Assembly (NCBI GenBank): GCA_947304355.1
Contig: CAMZAX010000001.1
Span: 78,950-142,949 of the forward strand
DNA length: 64,000 nt
Direction: 5' to 3'
Source: an uncultured Selenomonadales bacterium
Lineage (GTDB): Bacteria; Bacillota; Negativicutes; Selenomonadales; Selenomonadaceae
Shown here: positions 1 to 8,163 of the stretch, one piece after another
Position numbering within the stretch: position 1 is the first letter of the stretch
Layout: each line of letters begins with the position of its first letter
The notes under the pieces: model-generated
The model's database searches: none
What the model saw: the letters and a program-made list of their open reading frames with translations, nothing else
What the model was told of the DNA's origin: nothing
Translations under genes and position numbers: made by a program

Positions 1-41
1 ATTATAAACAAAAAACGCCGCGCTGTCTATAGAAATGAGCG

Positions 42-69
42 AAAAGCCCCGCCGACAGACGGAGCTTTT
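42..69 (-). terminator. Imperfect A/T-flanked hairpin downstream of ORF 112..459
   Basis: AAAAGC-CCG ... CGG-GCTTTT pairing (6 bp, a mismatch, then 3 bp) with an 8-nt loop. The A-run and T-run could act on either strand. Confidence 0.35.
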
Positions 70-111
70 ATTTATTTCGATATGGCAAAATTTACGAGCC
101 GATGATTTCCG

Positions 112-459
112 TTAATCCTGACCAAGAATTTCGGTGTTGTCGTCCATGATGACATCCTTAAACGGAACGCCGTCGATAAAGCAATCGTTCAGCAGGTCGT
201 GAATGTTTTCGTAGCAACCGATTACTTCAAAATCGTCGGCGGCGGGATAGCCTCGCGATTCGCAGTGCATGACGTAGACGTAATAAAATCGGGACTCGCC
301 GTCGTTTTCAGGCGGCTCGTAGCACATGCGATAATAGACGCCGCGATATAAAAATTCAATGCCCATGAACTTGCGCGGCTGAGTGTCCGTGGAGGGGTAG
401 CGACCTCTGTCGTATTCGTAAATAAATTCGTACAAGCAGTTGTATTCGTTGATTCTCAT
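112..459 (-). CDS. Hypothetical small acidic protein; candidate immunity partner of 456..839
   Basis: 115-aa ORF with a 4-nt overlap with the upstream ORF. Asp/Glu/Tyr-rich; no motif recognised. Confidence 0.5.
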   Translation of the reverse strand: MRINEYNCLYEFIYEYDRGRYPSTDTQPRKFMGIEFLYRGVYYRMCYEPPENDGESRFYYVYVMHCESRGYPAADDFEVIGCYENIHDLLNDCFIDGVPFKDVIMDDNTEILGQD

Positions 460-839
460 CGTAATCCGAACCTTTCTTTAATCTCATTAACCAAAGCCTG
501 TTCTTTTTCAGAAATGGAAATTCCGTTATCAGCATGATTCAAGTAAATGTGTTTGTGTGGCTGAACTCCGCGATGTTTGTGTTGTAAATCAACGACCACC
601 GCCTGCTTATGATTTTCATCGTAATAGGCGAGATGTTTTAATTCGCCGCCTTGAACAATGGCGTAAATCCTGTTAGCCGTATGCGAATATTCCGGAGCTT
701 TGACGGAGCCGCTGTCTCTGACTAAAATCTTGACGTTGTCAAACCCGCCTATGGAGCGAAAAGTTTTTCCGCCGTCCGTAAAAGAAAAATCACCGGCATG
801 TACATTTTTAAAAGAACTTCTGTTGCCCATGGCACTCAC
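456..839 (-). CDS. Hypothetical small basic His-rich protein; candidate free-standing toxin domain
   Basis: 127-aa ORF overlapping both neighbours by 4 nt. Contains the motif LAYYDENHKQAVVVDLQHKHRGVQPHKHIY. No signal peptide or delivery domain. Confidence 0.5.
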   Translation of the reverse strand: MSAMGNRSSFKNVHAGDFSFTDGGKTFRSIGGFDNVKILVRDSGSVKAPEYSHTANRIYAIVQGGELKHLAYYDENHKQAVVVDLQHKHRGVQPHKHIYLNHADNGISISEKEQALVNEIKERFGLR

Positions 840-1522
840 CTCCTTTCAAAAATTGGTGAAACCTCGAAAAGTGTTCCTTGAGAACAAGGATGCTTTTTAG
901 GTCGAAAAGACTCTTCATAACGAAAATTTACGAACCGTCCCTTCATTTCCGGCAAGATGTCACCGTAAACGACAACCAAAGGCGGCTCAATGCGGCGAAT
1001 CATTTCATTGTAGCCTCGCATAAAAAATGCTGTATCTCTCTTACTGCCGAGGGTGGAAATCACGACAATCGTTCCTTTTTCCAGACCGGCAAAGCTCAAA
1101 TCATCCCAACCCTCCGTTGTCCAACCGACACTTGGCAAAGACAAAATGCCATGCTCTTGCCAAAAACAACCAAGCCAACGATTTTTATAAATCTGATTAA
1201 GATACGACGGTATATCCATTTGAGGATGGAGACTATAATCGGGGGTCGCAACAGCGTAAGCGGATTGCAAGCACGGGATATATTTTAACGGCTTTTTGCA
1301 AAAACGCTCGATTTTATCGTCGTAGGAAAATCCCAAAACAAATTTGCGCGTGTTGTTGTTCTTGACGGACAGATTTTGAAGGTTCAATGGTTGAACGTTG
1401 GAAAAATTCAGATCGTCTTCCGTGACTTTGTTCATTATCGGAATATGAAATTGATCGCGATTATGATGATTAAGAAGCGGACGTATTAATCCAAAAAGTT
1501 TTTCCTCTGAAAGCCCTTGCAT
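836..1522 (-). CDS. DUF4417-family protein
   Basis: Block AVATPDYSL...YKNRWLG...VGW aligns without gaps with the second copy at 2464..3139. ATG at 1522 has GGAGG 8 nt upstream (the ORF track starts at TTG 1537). Confidence 0.65.
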   Translation of the reverse strand: MQGLSEEKLFGLIRPLLNHHNRDQFHIPIMNKVTEDDLNFSNVQPLNLQNLSVKNNNTRKFVLGFSYDDKIERFCKKPLKYIPCLQSAYAVATPDYSLHPQMDIPSYLNQIYKNRWLGCFWQEHGILSLPSVGWTTEGWDDLSFAGLEKGTIVVISTLGSKRDTAFFMRGYNEMIRRIEPPLVVVYGDILPEMKGRFVNFRYEESFRPKKHPCSQGTLFEVSPIFERR

Positions 1523-1890
1523 TATATAATCCTCCAATCAATGATTCCAAATTTCTATCAATGCGAAAATCTTAAATTATCGTCGATTCTACATCATGAA
1601 ATTTTTATTGTCAAATAGTTAATAAGGCAGGTATGTTTTCGTTATATATGCACAAGTCAAACGGAAAAAGCCCCGCCGACAATCAAGTATCTGTCCGTCG
1701 AAAATGAATTCTGTTTCGGCGTTGTAATACAAATCATCTATAAATTGGCGCAAGGGCTTACCTTTCACAAAACCACCCCCTTTAAGAACTTACGATATAT
1801 TGACAAAGATTTAAATTCATAATAAATTGCCAACGACAAATAGACTTCAAATATGACACAAACATACAACGAAATTTAGGAGGTGATTTC

Positions 1891-2295
1891 ATGCTTGAAG
1901 GTTTCGTAAAAATACCTGTTTTATCGGGAAGTTCATTCATGTCTGTCACAAGAAACGGAATAAATTTCAGCGGCAACGTCGTGTTTCATTTACAGAGAGC
2001 AGAATTTGTACTTTTCTTTCTAAACTCCAATGAAAAACAAATCGCGATACAAAAATGCGATGATACCGACGAAGACAGAGTCCCTTTTTTTCGCGAAGGA
2101 GCAAATTGGAAGAACGGCGTGCGCGTCAACAACCGTGAGTTGCAACAAATAATTTCTCGAATGATGGATTGGGATTTGGAAAGTTACAACTATCGTGCAG
2201 ACGGAATTTATTCCGATAAAGACAACGCAATGATTTTCGATTTAAAAACCGCGAGAAAGTTCAATAAACGGCGCAAAGAACAATCAAAAAGATGA
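1891..2295 (+). CDS. Hypothetical protein (134 aa) between the two cassettes; possible regulator
   Basis: Strong RBS (TAGGAGGTG) 7 nt before the ATG and a terminator hairpin downstream. No family recognised. Confidence 0.55.
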   Translation: MLEGFVKIPVLSGSSFMSVTRNGINFSGNVVFHLQRAEFVLFFLNSNEKQIAIQKCDDTDEDRVPFFREGANWKNGVRVNNRELQQIISRMMDWDLESYNYRADGIYSDKDNAMIFDLKTARKFNKRRKEQSKR

Positions 2296-2318
2296 CTTCC
2301 GACACGCCGTAAACAAAA

Positions 2319-2356
2319 ATTCGGTTGCCGCTGTCAACAGTAACCGAATCCTTTTT
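2319..2356 (+). terminator. Rho-independent terminator
   Basis: ATTCGGTT (2319..2326) pairs with AACCGAAT (2342..2349), followed by CCTTTTTG. Confidence 0.6.
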
Positions 2357-2463
2357 GCGAAATGTGCTGATGTACACATAATCTTTATTCTTTTATTGTC
2401 GTATGTTAGCATATTTCGCTCCGCAGGTCAAAATTTCTTTTAACTTGTAAGGAGTGATTTATT

Positions 2464-3139
2464 TTGCGTAAAAACACATTCGACGAAGAATTTAACTTGG
2501 AATTGGTGGAGACTGCTCTCTTTGACGGAGTATTGGAGATTCCTAAAATCGATCCGCCTGAAGAAATTATTATTCCGCCGAACATGATTCCCTATTCCAA
2601 ACGCGACCGAAGCAAAGATTTTTTCCGAATGCCTAGTTTTCTACGAACACGATATTAACTTTGCCGACATTGTTCGCAAGCCGGAAGATTTTGTCGATGA
2701 CATACTGCGCTTTTCCGCTGTCGTAACGCCCGACAACTCGCTTTATCGCGACGCGCCGTTACTCGCGCAAATAGCAAACGTATATCGCAACAGGGCTATC
2801 GGTCATTCTCTCCAAAAGCAAGGCGCATACGTCATTACAAATGTCCGTTGGGGTGACGAGCGCAGTTATACAACAGATGTTCTGCCGGAAAAATTTGCTT
2901 TCTTGGGCGCACCGAAAAACTCTGTCGTCTCCGTCGGTACATACGGTTGCGTTCAGAGCAAAGAAAATAAGTATTACTTCCGCGAAGGTCTGGAAGCCAT
3001 GCTCGATGAACTGACGCCTGAGGTCGTTTTGGTTTACGGAAGTATGCCCAAAAAGATTTTTTCCGCCGACATCCTTAGCAAGACAAATTTCGTTCTTTAT
3101 CCCGATTGGATTTCACAAGTCAGAAAGAAGGTCAAATAA
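2464..3139 (+). pseudogene. DUF4417-family gene interrupted by a +1 frameshift in a T6 run
   Basis: ORF 2464..2658 plus the frame open from 2588 to 3139 reconstruct one DUF4417-length protein (AVVTPDNSL...YRNRAIG...VRW). Removing one T from 2619..2624 fuses the two frames. Confidence 0.6.
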
Positions 3140-3631
3140 ATGGGTACAGGTAAAACGGGTCGTTGTTTTAATACACGTGGAAGTGCTCGCTCCGTCAGCG
3201 ATTTTGCACTCGTTCAATCAATCGAGGGTCTTTTTACTCAGCCGATGAGAAGAAGAGATCGTCTTCGTTTAAAAAGCGGCGGTCACGCTCAAAAAGGAAT
3301 GCTCTTGTTTGACAAATACGGCATAGAGTACAATATCGTCAAAACTTATCCGAACGGCGTCCGAGTCGGCAATATTCCGAATCATATAAAGAGATGGAAA
3401 AGAACGGGTAGTAATCAATCGTGGTTTCCTGCAGCGTGGTCGCCGAAAGATATTCGTCGCGCAGGCGAACTCGTTGCCGGACTGAAAAACAATCGTCACG
3501 TTCCGGACGGAAAAATCGTCTACGGCATGTATAAGGGTGTCAGAGTCGGAATCATACGTACAAACGGGAAGATAGCAACGGTTTTTCCCGACTCTAATCA
3601 ACCCACAAAAAAACGGAGGTCAAAAAAATGA
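3140..3631 (+). CDS. Free-standing EndoU-like RNase toxin domain protein
   Basis: SGGH...NGVRVGNIPNH...KRTGSNQSWFPAAWSPKDIRRAG resembles the bacterial EndoU (PF14436) GGH / FP.xWS pattern as I recall it. ATG directly follows the upstream TAA. Confidence 0.55.
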   Translation: MGTGKTGRCFNTRGSARSVSDFALVQSIEGLFTQPMRRRDRLRLKSGGHAQKGMLLFDKYGIEYNIVKTYPNGVRVGNIPNHIKRWKRTGSNQSWFPAAWSPKDIRRAGELVAGLKNNRHVPDGKIVYGMYKGVRVGIIRTNGKIATVFPDSNQPTKKRRSKK

Positions 3632-3966
3632 ACATTGAAGAATTAAAAGCTGTCGTTGCCGAGCGTAAACGTGTTGCTGTTGAAACTCAAGACGAATGGG
3701 ACTACGGTATCGAACAATGTTGGAAAAAAACTACCGAAATTCTTACACGTGACATTGCGCAGACGATTAACTTTATCGAAAATGAATGCGACGATGATAC
3801 TTTCTGTTGGATTGGCGAAGTTTTCGACGACGTAGCCGAGATTACTCAAAGTAAGGAATTCGTTGCTGCAATTAAACGACGCGCCGCAAAAGTCGTTGAC
3901 GCGCAACAACGTCGCCTTGTCGAAGTTGATGTTCGTTACGCCAGATACAAAATTGACGACGAATAA
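3628..3966 (+). CDS. Hypothetical acidic protein; candidate cognate immunity protein
   Basis: 112-aa ORF with an ATGA overlap with the toxin gene. Acidic and helical-looking. Confidence 0.5.
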   Translation: MNIEELKAVVAERKRVAVETQDEWDYGIEQCWKKTTEILTRDIAQTINFIENECDDDTFCWIGEVFDDVAEITQSKEFVAAIKRRAAKVVDAQQRRLVEVDVRYARYKIDDE

Positions 3967-4163
3967 ATTCCCATATACGCCCACAGAGAAAGAATCCAAA
4001 AATATCGCAAGCTGAATTCAAAAAGCCCCACGGCAAGTATCAGGGGTTGTTGCGTTGCGCTTTACAATATCGGCGCGTCATAAAAATTTTCATCAAGCCC
4101 GTTGCAGAAATCATCTGCGCGGGTTATTTTTTATGCGTATTTTGTTTTAGGAGTTGATTCAAC

Positions 4164-5054
4164 GTGAGCAACGAAGAGATTATCCAAGCATTTCACCTGA
4201 TGTGGGACAACTTCCCCGAAGCCGTGACGATAACGCAAAAGAGCCGCGAGATCGTCGCCGTCAACAAAAAGGCCGCCGAGTTCGGACTTACGCCGGGCAT
4301 TAAGTGTTCGTCAATCGGCAAGCCCGAAAACCACAAGGGCTGCCAATGCGATAAGGCCGTCGACACGGGCGAAGCGCAATTCTGCACCTACGAGGGCGCG
4401 TTCGGCAAGGCTTACGGCTATTGGATTCCGATTCCCGAAAAGCCCGAATGGGTGATTCATTTCGGTGTGGGTTACGCGTTCGACTACCCGAAAATCGACC
4501 GCAGTCCCTCCGCCAAAACGACCGAAAGTCTTCACGGCTTGACCAAGGGCACCGACCTTGAAGCCGCGATTGGAGCTACCGCGCAGGGCGAGGCGAACGC
4601 CACCATGATGTACTACGCGCTTGCCCGTCTTGCCAAGGAGCAAGGTCTCAACGCCGTCGCGAGCACCTTTATCGGATCGGCGAATCAAGAAGCTGTTCAC
4701 GCGGGCTTTTACGCCACGCTCAACGGCAAAGTCCCGAAAGACTTTTGGCAATTCGTCGCGGGCGTCGCAAAGGCTGAATACGCAGGCAAAACGAAAATCA
4801 AGACGTTGGCGGATATGGTGCGTGCGGCGGGCTTGACTGCTGCTGCTGACGAAATGGACGTCTTCGCCGAACAGGAAGCGCACCACGGCGTTGTTATCGA
4901 CGAGCTGATTGCCAAGTACGCGCCCAAAGACGCAATCAAGTCCGGCAAGAAATGGATCTGCGGCGTCTGCGGCTACGAACATGTCGGCGACGCTCCGCCC
5001 GAAGCTTGCCCCGTCTGCGGTCAACCTGCGTCGGTTTTCAAGGAAAAAGTCTGA
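4164..5054 (+). CDS. Rubrerythrin-like diiron protein with a novel Cys/His N-terminal domain and a C-terminal rubredoxin-type ribbon
   Basis: Two E...ExxH halves (NQEAVHAG, EQEAHHG). C-terminal CGVCGYEH...CPVCG. N-terminal ~110 aa with HKGCQCDK. AGGAG RBS before the GTG. Confidence 0.75.
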   Translation: MSNEEIIQAFHLMWDNFPEAVTITQKSREIVAVNKKAAEFGLTPGIKCSSIGKPENHKGCQCDKAVDTGEAQFCTYEGAFGKAYGYWIPIPEKPEWVIHFGVGYAFDYPKIDRSPSAKTTESLHGLTKGTDLEAAIGATAQGEANATMMYYALARLAKEQGLNAVASTFIGSANQEAVHAGFYATLNGKVPKDFWQFVAGVAKAEYAGKTKIKTLADMVRAAGLTAAADEMDVFAEQEAHHGVVIDELIAKYAPKDAIKSGKKWICGVCGYEHVGDAPPEACPVCGQPASVFKEKV

Positions 5055-6055
5055 TGAATCGGCGCGACTTTATCAAGACGGCGGGCATTGCGACGCTCGG
5101 TCTTATGCTTGACGGTCAAAACCTTGTCGAGGCGAGGAGGTCTCTTGACATGAAAATATCTGCAGTAAAACTTTTCGACGGCGGCTTTATGATGAAATCG
5201 TTCGCGTGCGGCGGCGGTCTGCCCGAAGGCTCCATTAAGGAAGAAAAACTTCGCTCCAGCTTGCAAAACTTCGTTATCGACACCGGCAAGGAAGTCATTC
5301 TGGTTGATACGGGCATGCCCGCCGAAATGGAAATCCCCGTGACGAAAGATTCCGTGATAACCTTCGGCGACAAGATAAATGATTACGTCGACGCGCTCCG
5401 TGCGGCAGGTTACGAGCCCGCGCAGGTGTCCAAAATCCTCGTGACGCACAAGCACCCCGACCACACGGGCGAATTGCGCCAATTCCCGAACGCCAAGATT
5501 TACATTTCGCGAATCGAAGCGGACGACATGAAGTTGACGGGCGATAACGTTGTCCGCACCGATTTCACCGACGGCGCGTACAAAAACTTCGACGCGTGCC
5601 AAAAAATCGCCGACGGCGTGTATTACATCTTCGCGCCCGGTCACACCAAGGGCAACAGTATCGTTATCGTCGAAGACGGCGACAAGTTCTATCTGATTCA
5701 CGGCGACGTGACTTACACCGACGAGGCGTTGATTGAAAATAAATTGTCCGTGGTTTTTGAAGACTTGCCCGCCGCCCGCGACACGTTGAGCCGCGTTCGC
5801 GCGTTTATCAAGGCGAATCCGACCGTCTACCTGTCGACGCACACGCCCTACGGTTACGAAAATCTTGACGCGCAAAAAATAATGAGCCTCCCCGACGTTG
5901 AGGAAGCTCCTGCGATTGAAGAAAAAGCCGACGCGCCCAAAGCGACCGGCACGAAATGGGTCTGCTCCGTTTGCGGTTACGAACACTTCGGCGACGAACC
6001 GCCCGCCGTTTGCCCGCGCTGCAGACAGCCTGCAAGTGCGTTCAGGAAAGCTTGA
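5054..6055 (+). CDS. TAT-signal MBL-fold metallo-hydrolase with a C-terminal rubredoxin-type ribbon
   Basis: MNRRDFIKTAGIATLG twin-arginine signal, HKHPDHTG motif, and C-terminal CSVCGYEH...CPRCR. TGATG coupling to the upstream gene (the ORF track start at 4952 is an extension). Confidence 0.75.
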   Translation: MNRRDFIKTAGIATLGLMLDGQNLVEARRSLDMKISAVKLFDGGFMMKSFACGGGLPEGSIKEEKLRSSLQNFVIDTGKEVILVDTGMPAEMEIPVTKDSVITFGDKINDYVDALRAAGYEPAQVSKILVTHKHPDHTGELRQFPNAKIYISRIEADDMKLTGDNVVRTDFTDGAYKNFDACQKIADGVYYIFAPGHTKGNSIVIVEDGDKFYLIHGDVTYTDEALIENKLSVVFEDLPAARDTLSRVRAFIKANPTVYLSTHTPYGYENLDAQKIMSLPDVEEAPAIEEKADAPKATGTKWVCSVCGYEHFGDEPPAVCPRCRQPASAFRKA

Positions 6056-6845
6056 GCGTTTCGTTCATGCTCCCGACGCGATAGCCTTGCAAATCCAACG
6101 TGACATATAAAAATCCCAACGATTTGAGTTTGTCGACGACGGCGGCGCGCAACTCCATGAGACGCGGAAAATCTTCGGGCAACACTTCAAGCCGCGCAAG
6201 ATTGCCGTGCACTCGGACGCGCAGTTGATTAAAGCCCGCGTTCAACAGAAAATCTTCAGCCGCCTCGACGCGCGCAAGACCTTCGACGGTCAGCGGCTCG
6301 CCGTAGACGAAACGCGACGCCAAACACGCCATCGACGGCTTGTCGGCAGTCGGCAAATTCATTTCCCTTGACAGCTCGCGAATCTCCGCCTTTGACAAAT
6401 CGGCGGCGACCAGCGGGCTTTTTATTTTGAGTTCGGCAAGGGCACGCGCGCCGGGGCGGTAGTCGTTCGCATCGTCGGTGTTTGAGCCTTCAACCAAAAC
6501 ACAACCGTCAGCCTCGGCAAGGCGCAGGAAATTTTCAAACAGCGCACGCTTGCACAAGTAACAGCGGTCGGCGGGATTGGCTTTGACGCCCGCGACGTTG
6601 AGCACGTCCGCCGCGAAGACGATTTGCCGAATGCCGTTGTCCGCGCAAAAATTTTTGGCGAATTCCGATTCCCTGCGCGGCACGAAGCAACTTTGAGCCG
6701 TCAAGGCAATGACGTTATCGCCAAGGGTTTCGTGCGCGACGGCAATCAGGAACGTCGAATCGACGCCGCCCGAAAAAGCCACCGCTGCTTTGCCGAGCCC
6801 GCGCAGATAATTCTTGAGGTTGTCCAATTTCGTCACGTGAATCAC
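6042..6845 (-). CDS. larE: PP-loop ATP-utilising enzyme, LarE-like sulfur transferase family
   Basis: AFSGGVDSTFL PP-loop and a CYLCK cysteine motif. An alternative GTG start at 6836 has better SD spacing. Confidence 0.65.
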   Translation of the reverse strand: MIHVTKLDNLKNYLRGLGKAAVAFSGGVDSTFLIAVAHETLGDNVIALTAQSCFVPRRESEFAKNFCADNGIRQIVFAADVLNVAGVKANPADRCYLCKRALFENFLRLAEADGCVLVEGSNTDDANDYRPGARALAELKIKSPLVAADLSKAEIRELSREMNLPTADKPSMACLASRFVYGEPLTVEGLARVEAAEDFLLNAGFNQLRVRVHGNLARLEVLPEDFPRLMELRAAVVDKLKSLGFLYVTLDLQGYRVGSMNETLKLS

Positions 6846-6887
6846 TCCAAAAAAAATCCCCGCGCTTGCGGCGGAGACGTGATGATT

Positions 6888-8054
6888 TTACTCGAATAAG
6901 TCCTTGAGCTTGTCGAAGAAAGATTTTTTTTCGGGATTGTTCTTTGAGTCGGAGCCGTTGTCCTCGAATTCGCGCAAGAGTTTCTTTTGGCGGGCGGTGA
7001 GATTTTTCGGCGTGAGGACTTTGATTGTAACGAACTCGTCGCCGCGCTCGTTGCCGTGCATGTGAGGAATGCCCTTGCCGCGAATTCTGAGCACCGCGCC
7101 CGATTGCGTGCCTTCGGGGATAATCAAATCAACTTTGCCGTCAATCGTCGGAGCTTCAATCTTCGCGCCCAAAGCCGCCTGCACGAAACTTATCGGGATT
7201 TCGCAGTAAACGTCCTCGTCGTTGCGCGAAAAGATTTTGTGCGGCTTGATGTTGATGTAAACGTAAAGGTCGCCGGGTTGCCCGCCGCGTTCGCCCGCCT
7301 GCCCGCCGCCGCTTATGCGAAGTCGTTGCCCCGCGTCGACGCCCTTGGGTATCGTGAGTTTGATTTCGCGTTCGACACGAACTTTGCCCGCGCCGTGGCA
7401 GTGTTCGCAGGGGTTCTTGACGATTTGCCCAGTACCGTGACAGCGTTCGCAAGGACGGGCGTTCGATATGACACCGAACGGTGTGCGCGTTGTCGTCTGC
7501 CGCATACCTGTTCCGTGACAATCGGGGCATTCGTCGGGCGTCGTACCTTTGGCCGCGCCCGTGCCGCCGCATTCGTCGCAAGTCTCCATGCGCGGGACTT
7601 TGATTGTCATTTCCTTGCCGAAAGCCGCGTCCTCGAAGGAAAGTTGCAAATCGTAACGCAAGTCGGCACCTTTTTGAGGACCGGACTTTTTGCGAGCCCG
7701 TGCGCCGCCGCCGCCGAAAAATTGTTCAAAGATGTCGCCGAAGCCGAAACCGCCCGCGCCGCCGAAGATGTCGTTCATGTTGATGTTGCCGGTGAAGCCG
7801 CCGCCGCCCTGACCGTAGGCAGCGTTCGGGTCGATGAAACCGAATTGGTCGTATTGCGCGCGCTTTTCCTTGTCTTTTAAAACGTCGTAAGCCTCGTTGA
7901 TTTCTTTCATTTTTTCTTCGGCAGCCTTGGGGGCGTCGCGGTTGAGGTCGGGGTGATATTTGCGTGCCAACTTGCGGTAGGCTTTTTTGATTTCGTCGTC
8001 GGTCGAATTTTTGTTGACGCCGAGGATTTCGTAATAATCTTTCTTGCCCGCCAT
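6888..8054 (-). CDS. dnaJ: Molecular chaperone DnaJ
   Basis: KDYYEILGV...HPD J-domain, G/F region and 4x CxxCxG zinc finger. Start MAGKKDYY has AAGGAG upstream. Confidence 0.95.
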   Translation of the reverse strand: MAGKKDYYEILGVNKNSTDDEIKKAYRKLARKYHPDLNRDAPKAAEEKMKEINEAYDVLKDKEKRAQYDQFGFIDPNAAYGQGGGGFTGNINMNDIFGGAGGFGFGDIFEQFFGGGGARARKKSGPQKGADLRYDLQLSFEDAAFGKEMTIKVPRMETCDECGGTGAAKGTTPDECPDCHGTGMRQTTTRTPFGVISNARPCERCHGTGQIVKNPCEHCHGAGKVRVEREIKLTIPKGVDAGQRLRISGGGQAGERGGQPGDLYVYINIKPHKIFSRNDEDVYCEIPISFVQAALGAKIEAPTIDGKVDLIIPEGTQSGAVLRIRGKGIPHMHGNERGDEFVTIKVLTPKNLTARQKKLLREFEDNGSDSKNNPEKKSFFDKLKDLFE

Positions 8055-8072
8055 AAAATCAACTCCTTTGCA

Positions 8073-8162
8073 GGGACAAGGGAAAAGGGACAAGGGGTAA
8101 GCAACTTCCAAATCCCTTGTCCCTAATTCCTCCACTAGTTCCTAGTTCCTAGTTCCTAGTTC
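8073..8162. repeat. Heptamer tract cluster in the dnaK-dnaJ spacer
   Basis: GGGACAAGGG at 8073..8082 and 8087..8096. Inverted copy CCCTTGTCCC at 8114..8123 gives a 10-bp hairpin. 4x CTAGTTC at 8135..8162. Confidence 0.9.
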
Positions 8163-8163
8163 C

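Larger units (their letters stand above)
1..4160. other. Low-GC accessory island (left edge outside window, right edge approximate)
   Basis: Hand GC counts of sample lines: 901..960 = 25/60 and 1561..1620 = 15/60, versus 31/60 for 9001..9060. Content is DUF4417/toxin-like genes rather than housekeeping. Confidence 0.5.

Noticed and set aside
42-1681. The 16-nt direct repeat AAAAGCCCCGCCGACA (42..57 and 1666..1681) as att sites of a mobile element
   Set aside because: It is short, it overlaps hairpin or terminator-like sequence, no integrase is present, and it brackets only one of the two cassettes. It is noted inside the island finding instead.
4952-5053. Upstream extension of the MBL ORF that overlaps the rubrerythrin gene
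   Set aside because: It is Arg-rich out-of-frame overlap sequence. The ATG at 5054 gives a textbook twin-arginine signal and TGATG coupling.
8055-8135. N-terminal extension of the dnaJ ORF ([27 protein letters not shown]...)
   Set aside because: The extension is a translation of the heptamer-repeat spacer. The canonical J-domain start [13 protein letters not shown] at 8054 has an AAGGAG RBS.
8073-8162. Heptamer tracts as a CRISPR array or minisatellite-encoded peptide gene
   Set aside because: The units are 7 nt with no spacers, there are no cas genes, and the tracts are only 20-70 nt long.
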